From: Acholeplasma sp.
GTDB lineage: Bacteria > Bacillota_I > Bacilli_A > ML615J-28 > CAG-698
Assembly (NCBI GenBank): GCA_012838635.1
Contig: DUOW01000005.1
Coordinates: 15,555 to 79,554 of the forward strand
Direction: 5' to 3'
Length of the DNA: 64,000 bases
Shown in pieces: positions 39,911 through 50,438 of this stretch. The notes under the pieces were generated by a model. That model saw only the letters and a list, made by a program, of their open reading frames with translations. It did not search any database and was not told the DNA's origin. How positions within the stretch are numbered: the stretch's first letter is position 1; every line of letters starts with the position of its first letter. A program made the translations under genes and the position numbers.

Positions 39911-42595
39911 TTAATCAAGATGTGCTTTATAAATTAAAGCATCTTGTCCATCTTTTAATACAATTCCTAAGAACTTTTGATAGTCTGCATTTGAGAAATC
40001 TGCTTCTTTAAAATCAAATGTTAGTCCTTTTTGTTTAGTAGTTAGGATATGGCTATTGTTCTTAGTAGCATCTTCTTTAAGACCTTTTAACCAGAATTCA
40101 GCAACTGTCTTTTGATCTGAATCTTTAATTGTATCGCCGTTTAGATACTTTGTAGCAAGTTCAAATGTTGGGAATGTGTATTCAACATCATCAACTTTAT
40201 AAGTTGCAAGTGGATATGTCTTAGTATTTACATAAACATGATAACCAAATTCAGTTACTAAGTGTTCCCCAATTGCTACTGTTACGCCAAAGATTTGGTC
40301 TTCAGTACTATCAGGATTTAAATCCCAAACTTTTTTAACACCTTCATTAAATGCTTCTACCATTCCGCCAGATTGTCCTGGAAGTTTATATTCAAAAACA
40401 TTTAGGTTTTCATATTTAACTTTTAGACCTGCAGTCTTGAATTTAGAAACATCAATCATTCCATCTAAATCATATTCCATATCATTAATTGTAAAGACAG
40501 GTTGTGAAGCAGCATCTTGAGGTAAGTGTGCTTGGAATAAAGGTGCATCAGTAAATGCTTGGGTAATCTTATCAAATTGAGCTTTGTAATCACCTTTAGC
40601 AACTAAGTAAGCTTGTACTTGTGCATATAACTCTTCTGCAAGTTCGATTTGTTTTGGAGTCCAATCTTTTGGATCTACTAATTTTTCATTATCGGCAGTT
40701 GAATTTTCTTCATCTACAATATAGATTAATAAATGATAACCACTTACTTTATAATATTTGTCTTTAACATTTTCCATATTTTTCATATAATACTCAGTCC
40801 AAATTGGATCAGTTTCACTAATTAATGAAAAATCTGTATATGGTTTAGTAGCTTCAGCTGATAATTGTTCATATAACAATCTAATTTTTACTTCATCTTC
40901 ATTGTTAGCTTGGAATCTATATTTCATATAGTCTGACCAAGACATATAAGCTGAATAGTTTGCATATTGAGCTTTCTCATCGGCGAACTTAGTTTTGATT
41001 TTAGCCCATGCTTTTTTATCTAATACTCTTTCATTTTTCACATCATAAATCTTATTAATCTCAGGATTGTTTAGTACTCTTTGGAAATTAATTTCATTAA
41101 TAGCTACATTCATTCCATAGTCGTTATTTAATTTATGATAGAAATCTTCTACTGAATATTCAATATCACCAAACTTAGCAATTAGATCTTTGCTTCTAGC
41201 TTTGCTTGTTTCAAATTCAGCTTTATGTGTATTTGCTTGTGATTTATAATAAGTTTCAATTTCTTTATCATATAAAACTAAATCTTTTGTAGCACGTAAG
41301 TGATACATTGCTTTAGTTACGTAAGATGAAGTAAGTGTATCTTTCTTTAACTTTTCAATAACTTTATCTTGAACTTCTTCTAAAGTTGGTTTAGAAATAG
41401 TTTTAATTTTGATAAATGAGACAAACTTTTTACCACTATCTAAAGACATAAAGTAGTTTTTAAACCATCTTTGGTCTTTATCTACTACTGATGTTTCTGA
41501 ATCATAAGCTTTAAAGTTCATTACATCTGATAATACAGCAGTACCGATAGCTTTTAATTCATCTTCAGTATACAATAAAGCATTCTTTGGATCATCACTA
41601 ATCTCTCCATCTTCATCTTTAATAACTTCTTGGTGGAAAACATAATGACCATCAGCATCAATAGTGTATTGTACACCTTCTTTTAATGTTAATGTTTCTG
41701 TTGGATAATCAGTTACTTTATAACTATTTAATGTATTATATAAATCAATAAAAGCTTTGATTGTTTCTTCTCTTGTTAGTTCTTCTTCAGCTTGTTCTTC
41801 ATTAGGAATTTTTACCCATTTAGTATAAGAATCTGGGATAAGAACACCATTTTCGTCTTTTTCTTGATCTTTAATTTTATATCCTAATTGTTCTAAAGCT
41901 GAATAAGCTTCTTTACGTGTTGGATATTCAATTATAAGTGCGAAATATGTATCTTTGTATAATGAATTATATTTAGTTTCAATTGCAGATTTAGTAAAAT
42001 ATTTTTCTGTATCATCTTCAGCTTCAGCATCTTTTTCTTCAATTTCTTTTTCTAAGAAATCAGCTGCATAAGCTTTCTTTGCAAGTTCTAAATGATAGTA
42101 TTCTTTAATTTTCGCTTCTGTTCGTAAGCCTTGAATATATCTTGCATCATAGAATTTTGCTTCAGCTTCAGCTTTTTCTTCGGCTGTTGCTTTATCTAAA
42201 TCTAAATCTTTATACATTTCTTTTTCAAGTTCTTCTTGGATTTCTGCGTCTGTAACTTGAGCTAGATAATTCTTTTCACCATTTTCCAAAATTTCACGAT
42301 CTAATGTTTCAAGTAAAGCATTTACTCCATATTGATCTTTTAATAATGAATACATTTCACCTTTTGTTAAATAGTATTCATTATCTCCTTCACCTACTAC
42401 AACGTATTGGCCATCTGCATCTTTAATCATTGGCGCTTTACGATTGTTTTTTGCCACTGTTGAAGCAACTGCAATAACAACAATTACTAAAACAACTAAT
42501 ACAACAGGCAAAGTACTTAACAATATTGTTTTAGGACTTATCTTTGGCGCGTCCTTTTGTTTATTTGCCTTGTTTTTTACTCTTCTTCTTTTCAT
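39911..42595 (-). CDS. unusually large membrane-anchored PrsA/SurA-like foldase: N-terminal TM, SurA_N-like chaperone domain, long acidic linker region, parvulin-type PPIase domain split by an insertion
   Basis: 894 aa. N-terminal TM helix. The segment DGQYVVVGEGDNEYYLTKGEMYSLLKDQYGVNALLETLDREILE resembles the PrsA N-domain. Parvulin motifs SGYHLLIYIV and GGMVEAFNEGVKKV...FGYHVYV lie about 120 aa apart. Position is next to yhaM, as for B. subtilis prsA. Confidence 0.5.
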   Translation of the reverse strand: MKRRRVKNKANKQKDAPKISPKTILLSTLPVVLVVLVIVVIAVASTVAKNNRKAPMIKDADGQYVVVGEGDNEYYLTKGEMYSLLKDQYGVNALLETLDREILENGEKNYLAQVTDAEIQEELEKEMYKDLDLDKATAEEKAEAEAKFYDARYIQGLRTEAKIKEYYHLELAKKAYAADFLEKEIEEKDAEAEDDTEKYFTKSAIETKYNSLYKDTYFALIIEYPTRKEAYSALEQLGYKIKDQEKDENGVLIPDSYTKWVKIPNEEQAEEELTREETIKAFIDLYNTLNSYKVTDYPTETLTLKEGVQYTIDADGHYVFHQEVIKDEDGEISDDPKNALLYTEDELKAIGTAVLSDVMNFKAYDSETSVVDKDQRWFKNYFMSLDSGKKFVSFIKIKTISKPTLEEVQDKVIEKLKKDTLTSSYVTKAMYHLRATKDLVLYDKEIETYYKSQANTHKAEFETSKARSKDLIAKFGDIEYSVEDFYHKLNNDYGMNVAINEINFQRVLNNPEINKIYDVKNERVLDKKAWAKIKTKFADEKAQYANYSAYMSWSDYMKYRFQANNEDEVKIRLLYEQLSAEATKPYTDFSLISETDPIWTEYYMKNMENVKDKYYKVSGYHLLIYIVDEENSTADNEKLVDPKDWTPKQIELAEELYAQVQAYLVAKGDYKAQFDKITQAFTDAPLFQAHLPQDAASQPVFTINDMEYDLDGMIDVSKFKTAGLKVKYENLNVFEYKLPGQSGGMVEAFNEGVKKVWDLNPDSTEDQIFGVTVAIGEHLVTEFGYHVYVNTKTYPLATYKVDDVEYTFPTFELATKYLNGDTIKDSDQKTVAEFWLKGLKEDATKNNSHILTTKQKGLTFDFKEADFSNADYQKFLGIVLKDGQDALIYKAHLD

Positions 42596-42668
42596 ATTAA
42601 AACACCTCTTTGTATTTCACAATATTAATATTTTACCATAACTTACCAAATATATCAAGTATTTTTTA

Positions 42669-43610
42669 CTAATCTAAGTCAGGTAAATAAAATGCTCGGC
42701 GATTAAAAGCAATAACTGGTTGACTATATTCACCTTTAACCCCATCTTTTAATTCTTTTTCTAAAGCTCCCATTCTTGAATCAGCAAAGTCGCATAAAAA
42801 CACAACATATGCTTCAGGTATCGTTGGTTCTTTTGGTGAACCAAACTCTAAAAATCCATGATGAGAAATAACAATGTGCGCTAGCATTAAGTATTCCTCA
42901 GATTCTTCTAACTCTAACTCTTTTGCTTTCTCGTGTAATAAATTAGAAGTCATAACGATATGTCCTAATAAATTACCTGGTTTTGTATATTCTCCGGTAT
43001 CTTTTTCCATTTCTTTAATTTTACCAAAATCATGAAGCAAGATCCCACCATAAATTAAATCTTTATTTAAAAAAGGATAAAGCTTAATATATGTATCAGC
43101 TAAAGTAAGCATTGAATAAACATGATAAGCTAACCCAGAAACATAATTATGATGAACTGATTTAGCAGCAGGATGAACAAAAAAAGCTTCAAAATCTTCT
43201 TTTAAAACTGCTAGTACTAACTTCTTTATATTAGCATTTTCAATTTTTAAAACATAATTCATTATCTTTTCTTTTAGTTCTTCTACTGAAAACTTTGCAT
43301 ATTCAAAAAATTCTTCTAGTTTATATAAACTAGAATCTGCTTCAGCTAATTCTTTTAAATTAAATTGTAATTTACCTTGATAGTCTTTCATTTGACCTGA
43401 ACAATTATAAATTTTACCATTTTCTAAATGCTCGCGAATACTATCAGTAACATTCCAAATTTTAACTTCTAAAATTTTTTCACCATCAAATCCTAAAGCA
43501 TTAACATAATCGGCTTGACTTGTAGTTTTACGGTATTGAACATTTATTAGTCTTAAAATCAAATTATTAACTTCATCGCCTGCACGATAATCTTTAACTT
43601 TTGTTCTCAT
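42669..43610 (-). CDS. yhaM: 3'-5' exoribonuclease YhaM (OB-fold + HD domain)
   Basis: N-terminal OB fold, HD motif LLHDFGK. 313 aa matches YhaM size. Confidence 0.85.
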   Translation of the reverse strand: MRTKVKDYRAGDEVNNLILRLINVQYRKTTSQADYVNALGFDGEKILEVKIWNVTDSIREHLENGKIYNCSGQMKDYQGKLQFNLKELAEADSSLYKLEEFFEYAKFSVEELKEKIMNYVLKIENANIKKLVLAVLKEDFEAFFVHPAAKSVHHNYVSGLAYHVYSMLTLADTYIKLYPFLNKDLIYGGILLHDFGKIKEMEKDTGEYTKPGNLLGHIVMTSNLLHEKAKELELEESEEYLMLAHIVISHHGFLEFGSPKEPTIPEAYVVFLCDFADSRMGALEKELKDGVKGEYSQPVIAFNRRAFYLPDLD

Positions 43611-43621
43611 ATTTATCTCCT

Positions 43622-44842
43622 TTATTCTTTATAAATGCTTCGAAAAACATTATATTCTTTTTTATGACCTAAGATTTCATTTAGTCTAGCAATCGCATAA
43701 GTCTTTAGTTCTTCTCTGTCATTATCTAACTCTTTTGTAATAACTTTGTATTCCATCTCCTCAACAATCTTTGGTAAGAAATCTCCCGAAACATTGTTTG
43801 TAAGGACTAAGATATCTTCTCCTTTAAAAGCTAAATCACAAGTACCTTTTATTGGTAGTTTGTTATACTTTGTTTTTAATTTTCTTGGTTTTACATATCT
43901 TTTTGAAAGTAACAAATTAGCATTGTTTACTTTTAAACAATTCTCTAAACCATAAGTATATAATACTAAATCAGGGAAATCAGCTTTACTAGTTGCAGCA
44001 ACTAAATTAGTTAACTGTTCTACTTGTTTCATGTTTTCAAAAAAGTTTTCAAAAACAGTAGGAATTGTATTGTTAGCTACAAAACTAGCAATCGCTAATG
44101 TTTCAAAATCAACTTCAATATATCTATTAGTTAAACGTTTAAGTGGTTTTTGGAAGAAAGGAATATATTTATAGATTTTAGTTTTCTCAATATATTTAAT
44201 TGCTAATTTTAAGTGCTTTCCTTCAAAAATCTTTTTAACTTCCCTGACAACTAAATAATCTAATTGTAAATCCTTTAAGTATTTAGCTCTTGAACTTAAA
44301 GCATTCACAGTTTTAAAAGTAGGTCTAAAACCCAACTCACTAATTAAACGAATTGTTCTTAAGATTTTAATTGGATCGTCTTTAAATCTTTGCTTAGCAT
44401 TACCAATAGCTCTTAATTTTTTTCTACTTAAATCACGATAACCATTTAATGTATCTGTAAGCATATTGCCATTATTCATTGCTATGGCATTAATTGTAAA
44501 GTCTCGCGAAACTAAATCTTCTTGTAAACTTTCTGAATAGTGCAGTCTCTTAATTTTCTTTTTATCTTTCTCAGATGCTTTTCTAAACGTACTAATGAAA
44601 AAGACTTCTGCTTTATAAAATAATGCTAATTTATTTTCATCAATTACAGTTGTCTCATGATTCTTTAGGCACTTTTTAATTTGGTCTAAATTAGCACTCG
44701 TAATAATATCTATTTCCGAAAAAGGTATATCTAAAAGGATTGAGCGAACAACACCACCAACAAAATACGCTTGGTAACCATTCGTATTTAAAACAGTTAG
44801 AATTTCTCTACCCTTGTTGATATATTCTACGTTGGTATTCAT
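43622..44842 (-). CDS. cca: CCA tRNA nucleotidyltransferase
   Basis: GGVVRS...D.D nucleotidyltransferase motif; polyA polymerase head domain. Confidence 0.85.
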   Translation of the reverse strand: MNTNVEYINKGREILTVLNTNGYQAYFVGGVVRSILLDIPFSEIDIITSANLDQIKKCLKNHETTVIDENKLALFYKAEVFFISTFRKASEKDKKKIKRLHYSESLQEDLVSRDFTINAIAMNNGNMLTDTLNGYRDLSRKKLRAIGNAKQRFKDDPIKILRTIRLISELGFRPTFKTVNALSSRAKYLKDLQLDYLVVREVKKIFEGKHLKLAIKYIEKTKIYKYIPFFQKPLKRLTNRYIEVDFETLAIASFVANNTIPTVFENFFENMKQVEQLTNLVAATSKADFPDLVLYTYGLENCLKVNNANLLLSKRYVKPRKLKTKYNKLPIKGTCDLAFKGEDILVLTNNVSGDFLPKIVEEMEYKVITKELDNDREELKTYAIARLNEILGHKKEYNVFRSIYKE

Positions 44843-44959
44843 TCTCTCACCTTCTTCCTATTATATATTATATCAAAAAAGATTCATCTTTTCCATATTA
44901 ATTATTTCTTTTAACTTGAGTTTTTCTCTCTTTCCCTATATAATTTAATTGGTGATAAT

Positions 44960-45550
44960 ATGAAAAGAATAACAGGGGCAATTTCTAATCAAATCACTGT
45001 TAGAAAGAGTGATTTTATCTGTACATTAATTCCTGTAAATAATGTAAATGAAGCTTTAGAACAATTAACTTTATTAAGAAAAAAATATTATGATGCAACT
45101 CACAATTGCTATGCTTATATTGTAGAAGACGGGATTAAGTATTCTGATGATGGTGAACCAAGTCAAACAGCAGGTCTTCCTATTTATAATGTTTTAGAAA
45201 AAAACGAACTTACAAATATCTTAGCTGTAGTTACAAGATACTTTGGTGGAATCTTACTTGGCGCTGGAGGTTTAGTTAGAGCCTACGCAAAAGCAACAAC
45301 TGAAGCTTTAGCTGTAGCAGAGATTGTAGAAATTAATACCTATCAAAAAATCTTAGTTACAATTGATTATCCAAAAGTAGATATCTTAATTAATAAAATT
45401 GAAGCAGAACCAATTGAAAGACAATTTGGAAAAGATGTAAAAATGACATATCTTATTTTAGAAAATCAAGTAGATTCTTTTGTAAACTTAATCCAAGAGT
45501 TAACTAACGGTGATGCAAAAATAGAACTATTAGAAAAAAGCACATTTTAA
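44960..45550 (+). CDS. yigZ: YigZ/IMPACT family protein (UPF0029)
   Basis: Conserved GEPSQTAG...LLGAGGLVRAY motif. Confidence 0.8.
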   Translation: MKRITGAISNQITVRKSDFICTLIPVNNVNEALEQLTLLRKKYYDATHNCYAYIVEDGIKYSDDGEPSQTAGLPIYNVLEKNELTNILAVVTRYFGGILLGAGGLVRAYAKATTEALAVAEIVEINTYQKILVTIDYPKVDILINKIEAEPIERQFGKDVKMTYLILENQVDSFVNLIQELTNGDAKIELLEKSTF

Positions 45551-45567
45551 AATGTGCTTTTATTATT
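45539..45567. terminator. bidirectional rho-independent terminator
   Basis: AAAGCACATTTTAAAATGTGCTTT palindrome with flanking T-runs and A-runs. Confidence 0.75.
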
Positions 45568-45574
45568 TCTAGTT

Positions 45575-45817
45575 TTACTGAATAATATTTTGAAGTAAGC
45601 TAATAAACTCAACAAAGATATAAGCAATTAATCCCCCAACAATAATTGACACCAATAAAACTAAAGTTCTAATTTGCCAAGTAGAGCGTGCTTTAAATAT
45701 TTTTGAATAATCTACTGCTCCTAAAGCTCGGTATGTAATAATAGCAACAATAACCAAAATTACTAAAAACCAAGCTAATTTAACAATCGCTACTGTTAAT
45801 TCATCCATTGTTTTCAC
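45575..45817 (-). CDS. small two-TM membrane protein (DUF1146/YwzB-like)
   Basis: 80 aa with two hydrophobic helices. Overlaps the downstream adenosyltransferase gene by 17 nt. Confidence 0.5.
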   Translation of the reverse strand: MKTMDELTVAIVKLAWFLVILVIVAIITYRALGAVDYSKIFKARSTWQIRTLVLLVSIIVGGLIAYIFVEFISLLQNIIQ

Positions 45818-46319
45818 CTAGATCTACATATCTTCCTAATACAAAGAAATAGTCAGATAAACGATTTAAATATTTTAAAACATTACTATCCACTTTATGT
45901 TCTAAAGCATACTTAACAACTAATCTTTCTGTCTTTCTTGTTGTTGCACGAGCATTATGAACAAAAGCAGCAGCTTTAGAAAACCCAGGTAAAATAAAAT
46001 CATTTAAAGGAGGTAGTTTGCTATCAAGTAAATCTATCTCTTTTTCTAATTCTAAGATATCTTCATCTTCAATTAATGCTTTTTCACTAACAATTGAGTA
46101 ACTAAGAGTAAATAATAATCTTGTGATTTGCTCTAAATAATCTCTATATTTTTCTTCTTTCAAAAATGAACGAGCAAGCATAATTGAAGTTTGTAATTCA
46201 TCAACTGCTCCTTCGACAAAAATAACTAAATCACTCTTTAAAACTTTACCATTAACAGTTCTAGTTTCTTTGTTATCGCCTTGTTTTGTATAAATCTTGG
46301 CTTTTTTATTTTGTTCCAT
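45801..46319 (-). CDS. ATP:cob(I)alamin adenosyltransferase, PduO/YvqK type
   Basis: [12 protein letters not shown]...[10 protein letters not shown] matches the PduO-type N-terminal signature. Confidence 0.75.
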   Translation of the reverse strand: MEQNKKAKIYTKQGDNKETRTVNGKVLKSDLVIFVEGAVDELQTSIMLARSFLKEEKYRDYLEQITRLLFTLSYSIVSEKALIEDEDILELEKEIDLLDSKLPPLNDFILPGFSKAAAFVHNARATTRKTERLVVKYALEHKVDSNVLKYLNRLSDYFFVLGRYVDLGENNG

Positions 46320-46935
46320 AAAGACGATCCCCGCAATCTCCTAGGCCTGGAACGATATATCCATTATCATTTAATTTTTCGTCTAAGGCAGCTAAGAAAA
46401 TATTTACGTCAGGGTGTTTCTCTTGTAAAGCTTTTACTCCTTCTGGTGCACCTACGATGCCTACGTAGCTAATATCTTTGGCATTTCTCTTCTTTAGTAA
46501 GTCAATTGTATGACTCGCACTTCCTCCAGTTGCTAGCATTGGGTCTACAACTAAAATTGTAGCTTCATCTAACTTGTCTGGTAATTTTACGTAGTATTCA
46601 TGTGGTAGTAAAGTTTTATCATCTCGATACACGCCTACATATCCTACTTTCGCAGTTGGAATTAATTTTAAAATTCCATCAACCATTCCAATTCCAGCAC
46701 GAATGATTGGAACAATTACAACTTCTTTAGCTAAGACTTTCCCTTTCATTGTTGCAATTGGTGTTTTAACTTTTTTCTCGACAGTTGGTAGATTTCTTGT
46801 AACCTCATATGCCATCAACATACTAATTTCCTCAACCGTTTCACGGAAATCTTTAGTACCAGTTTCTTCATTTCTAATTAAAGTTAACTTGTGATGCATA
46901 AGAGGGTGATTGAAAATTACTAATTTACTTTCCAT
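46306..46935 (-). CDS. upp: uracil phosphoribosyltransferase
   Basis: [11 protein letters not shown] and a PRPP-binding motif [21 protein letters not shown] before the ATG at 46935. The ORF track's extension to 46944 has no RBS. Confidence 0.9.
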   Translation of the reverse strand: MESKLVIFNHPLMHHKLTLIRNEETGTKDFRETVEEISMLMAYEVTRNLPTVEKKVKTPIATMKGKVLAKEVVIVPIIRAGIGMVDGILKLIPTAKVGYVGVYRDDKTLLPHEYYVKLPDKLDEATILVVDPMLATGGSASHTIDLLKKRNAKDISYVGIVGAPEGVKALQEKHPDVNIFLAALDEKLNDNGYIVPGLGDCGDRLYGTK

Positions 46936-46971
46936 ATTTGGCACCTCTTTCTTTTATAAATTATAACACAA

Positions 46972-47000
46972 AACAATTCATTTTTAAAGAAAAAAAGAGC
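46972..47000 (-). terminator. rho-independent terminator after tsaC
   Basis: AGAGCATAATGCTCT followed by TTTTTTT on the minus strand. Confidence 0.7.
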
Positions 47001-47001
47001 A

Positions 47002-47583
47002 TTATGCTCTTATTTTTATTTGTCCTTCACGAACAACTTTTATTGTCTCTCCAGTCACATCAATTACAGTAGATGGTACTGAAGAAAATATTTCTTTATC
47101 AGTAATTAAATAATCAATTTGCGAACCAAAAACTTCTTTAATATCATTCAAAGTGTTAAGTTCTTTTGATCCATGAAGATTAATTGACGTTGTTGCTAAA
47201 GGCCCAAAATGTCGAAGGAGTTTTAAAGCAACAATTGATAGCGGCATTCTAAAAGAAACCGTATCTTTATTAAAAGGTAATTCTAAATCGGGTTTTTTAA
47301 GAAAAATAACAGTTAATGCTCCTGGCCAGTCTTCTTCTAAAATTTCTCTTACTGACTTAGGAATTTTTAATACGTACTGTTTTACTTGATCAATTGAAAA
47401 ACATAAGTTGGCAAGTGGTCGATCATAAGGTCTTTGTTTGATATCAAAAATCTTTTTAATACCTTCATAGTCATCAATCAAAGCCCCAATACCATAAACA
47501 GTATCCGTAGGAAAAACTACTACTTTTCCCTTTAAATCTTTTTTACCTAAATTTAAAAATTCTTTTAAACTTAACTCTTCCAT
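47002..47583 (-). CDS. tsaC: L-threonylcarbamoyladenylate synthase (Sua5/YwlC/TsaC family)
   Basis: VFPTDTVYGIG motif typical of the YrdC domain. Confidence 0.85.
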   Translation of the reverse strand: MEELSLKEFLNLGKKDLKGKVVVFPTDTVYGIGALIDDYEGIKKIFDIKQRPYDRPLANLCFSIDQVKQYVLKIPKSVREILEEDWPGALTVIFLKKPDLELPFNKDTVSFRMPLSIVALKLLRHFGPLATTSINLHGSKELNTLNDIKEVFGSQIDYLITDKEIFSSVPSTVIDVTGETIKVVREGQIKIRA

Positions 47584-48566
47584 AATTTGCTGATCTCCTC
47601 TAAATAATCATCAACAGTTATTAAGTTTTTATCTTTCAAATACATCAATTTTAAAGTAATTTGATTTTTATCTTCTTCACTTAACTGAGAATAGTCACTA
47701 GAAAATCCTTCTTTTTCTAAATAATCTTTAATATTAAATTCAGAATATTCAGCTTCAACATCTCTTTCATAACGTTTATATACTTGAGTAGCATCTTCTT
47801 TTGCTACAATCGGAGTTCCATTTTCACCTACTTCTTCAACTGTAATTGTATCAGGATCAACTTCAATAATTGGTTTTTCAATCTCTCTAGAAAGGAAATT
47901 ATCATATTCATTGCTATGAATAAATTTCTCAAAATCAAAATCTGATTCATCTTTCTTTTTAAAGACACCTTTTTTCTTACGATAAAAATAAATAATAATA
48001 GTCAAACTAACAATTGCAGCCGCAATTAATAAACTAATAATTAATGCTAGCCAGTTTACTTTCAAAATCTTAAACCTATAAGCAGTTTCTAAAGATGACA
48101 TTGATACTCCCTTCCCTAAACCAGTATTAGAAGCTAGACGAATTTCCTCTTCTGTTTTTGAGCCAAAACTTAATTTGAAAGGTAGACTTTGCTCATGACC
48201 AGCTTTATCACGAATTAGAAATGTGTATGTTGAATCGGGTTTGATTTTAAATCCCAAAACATAAACATCTCCTCTACCTGTTTCTGGCATTATCTGTCTT
48301 ACTTTTGTCTTTTCGTTGACTAAAGTAATGTAATAAGATCTACTTACATCATTGAAAAAGAAAACTCCATAAACTATTTCATCATCTACAATTCCTTCCA
48401 CAACAGCCAAACTATAATAACTATTCTCATAATCTACAATATAAGAATAATAATCATAACCTTTATTAATGTCAGCTTCAAACTCCGCTCTTGCTGTAGC
48501 TACTGGAGTAGTTAAACTTAGAAAAAAAGTCAATATTAAGTTAAGTATTATTTTCATTGTTATCAC
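47571..48566 (-). CDS. hypothetical bitopic membrane protein (signal peptide, about 150-aa extracytoplasmic domain, one TM, acidic cytoplasmic tail)
   Basis: Signal sequence ending in ATARA. TM segment LALIISLLIAAAIVSLTIIIYFY followed by RKKK. I recognise no family. Confidence 0.45.
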   Translation of the reverse strand: MITMKIILNLILTFFLSLTTPVATARAEFEADINKGYDYYSYIVDYENSYYSLAVVEGIVDDEIVYGVFFFNDVSRSYYITLVNEKTKVRQIMPETGRGDVYVLGFKIKPDSTYTFLIRDKAGHEQSLPFKLSFGSKTEEEIRLASNTGLGKGVSMSSLETAYRFKILKVNWLALIISLLIAAAIVSLTIIIYFYRKKKGVFKKKDESDFDFEKFIHSNEYDNFLSREIEKPIIEVDPDTITVEEVGENGTPIVAKEDATQVYKRYERDVEAEYSEFNIKDYLEKEGFSSDYSQLSEEDKNQITLKLMYLKDKNLITVDDYLEEISKLWKS

Positions 48567-49371
48567 CTTCTATCATAACTACTCTTGGAATTGAGTTAAA
48601 ATCTAAATAAATTTTGGCTTCAGCGCCTAAATATTTTTCAGCATATTCTTTTACCTTAGAATTTTGATTAATTCCTATTTCAAAAAAGATTAAATACTTA
48701 TCATTTAGATATCTACTTATTTGTTTTAGAATTTTCTCATAATAGTATAAACCTTCATTTTCAGCAATCAAAGCTAGTTTTGGTTCTTGCAAAACATACT
48801 GGCTTAATAAATCATCCTTTTTTACATAAGGAGGATTAGAAACAATAAGATCATATTTACAAGTTACATTGCTAAACAAATCACTTTGGATAAAGTTGAT
48901 ATCTACTTTGTGATATCTTGCGTTTTTCCTTGCAACTTCTAAAGCACTAATGCTGATATCTACTGCATCAATTATAGCATTTGGTAATAACTTTTTCAAA
49001 GTAATTGCTAAGTTTCCTGACCCAGTACCAATATCTAAAATACGATAGCCTTTAGTTTTATCAACATGCTTTAAAATAACATCAATTAAAATCTCACTAT
49101 CAAAACGAGGAATTAAAACATCTTTAGTTACCCAAAACTTATCACCATAAAAGTAAGCATATCCTAATAAATATTGAACAGGTTCGCCATTTAAATATTT
49201 ACTAATTAAAGTTTCTATTTTATCTAAATTGCTAACTTGTTTATTATAATTTAAAATCAAGTCTTGTTTAGAAAATTTATTAACTTCTAAAACAATTAAT
49301 TCGATAGCTGATAGTTCTTGATCTTTATTTAATTTTGTTTTGTATTTTTGAAATAATTCTTGATAAGTCAT
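48541..49371 (-). CDS. prmC: release factor glutamine N5-methyltransferase
   Basis: NPPY motif (VSNPPYV) and a SAM-binding motif DIGTGSG. Confidence 0.9.
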   Translation of the reverse strand: MTYQELFQKYKTKLNKDQELSAIELIVLEVNKFSKQDLILNYNKQVSNLDKIETLISKYLNGEPVQYLLGYAYFYGDKFWVTKDVLIPRFDSEILIDVILKHVDKTKGYRILDIGTGSGNLAITLKKLLPNAIIDAVDISISALEVARKNARYHKVDINFIQSDLFSNVTCKYDLIVSNPPYVKKDDLLSQYVLQEPKLALIAENEGLYYYEKILKQISRYLNDKYLIFFEIGINQNSKVKEYAEKYLGAEAKIYLDFNSIPRVVMIEGDNNENNT

Positions 49372-50438
49372 TATACTTCTTTTTTCGATAATTGTCTTCT
49401 TTGATTTTCTGTAATTAAAGCTTCAATAATCGGGTCTAATTTACCATTCATTACACGGTCTAATTGTTGGATAGTAAAGTTGATTCTGTGATCAGTTACC
49501 CTATTTTGAGGATAGTTATATGTTCTGATTTTTTCAGAACGATCACCAGTACCAATTTTTGCTAATCTTTCCTTTCCAACTTGTTGTTCTTGTTCTTGAA
49601 GTGCATGTTCATACAATCTTGCTGCTAAAAGTTTAAAAGCTGTTGCTTTGTTTTCGTGTTGACTTCTTCCATCTTGGCATTGAACAACAATTCCAGTAGG
49701 CATATGTGTTAAACGAATAGCTGATTCGGTTTTGTTTACATGTTGACCACCAGCACCACCTGAGCGATAAGTATCAACGCGAACATCATTTAAATCTAAA
49801 TCAACTTCAACTTCATCAACTTCAGGCATTACTAAAACAGTAGCTGTCGATGTATGAATTCTTCCGCTTGCTTCTGTTTCTGGAACTCTTTGAACACGAT
49901 GGGCACCAGATTCATATTTTAAAAATGAATAAACACTATCGCCATTAATCATAAACTCAATCTTAGAAAATCCGCCTGCATCTGAAGGTTCAGAGTTGAT
50001 AACTTCAATTGTCCAGCCTTTCTCTTCCGCATACTTAGAATACATTCTAAATAAATCCCCAGCAAAAATATTAGCCTCATCTCCACCAGCAGCTCCTCTA
50101 ATCTCACAAATAATGTTTTTATCATCTTGAGGATCTTGAGGTATAAGTAAGATTTTTAACTCTTCTTCTACTTTTAAGATTTCTTCTTTAACACCTTCAA
50201 TTTCTAGCTTAGCAAGTTCTGCTATTTCTAAATCATTTCCGTTAATTAGACTTTCTAAAGATTTCTCTTCTTCTAATAAAGAGCGATAACTCCTAGACTT
50301 AGTTACAATAGTTTCTAGTCTCTTTTGTTCTTTACTTAAGTCTTTGACTTTTTTAAGATCAATTGCGATTTCTGGCATCATTAATAAATTGCAAATTTCT
50401 TCGTAACGGTCTTCTATTATTTGTAATCTTTCAAGCAT
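49371..50438 (-). CDS. prfA: peptide chain release factor 1
   Basis: GGQ motif (SGGAGGQHVNK) and PxT-region sequence. Confidence 0.95.
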   Translation of the reverse strand: MLERLQIIEDRYEEICNLLMMPEIAIDLKKVKDLSKEQKRLETIVTKSRSYRSLLEEEKSLESLINGNDLEIAELAKLEIEGVKEEILKVEEELKILLIPQDPQDDKNIICEIRGAAGGDEANIFAGDLFRMYSKYAEEKGWTIEVINSEPSDAGGFSKIEFMINGDSVYSFLKYESGAHRVQRVPETEASGRIHTSTATVLVMPEVDEVEVDLDLNDVRVDTYRSGGAGGQHVNKTESAIRLTHMPTGIVVQCQDGRSQHENKATAFKLLAARLYEHALQEQEQQVGKERLAKIGTGDRSEKIRTYNYPQNRVTDHRINFTIQQLDRVMNGKLDPIIEALITENQRRQLSKKEV

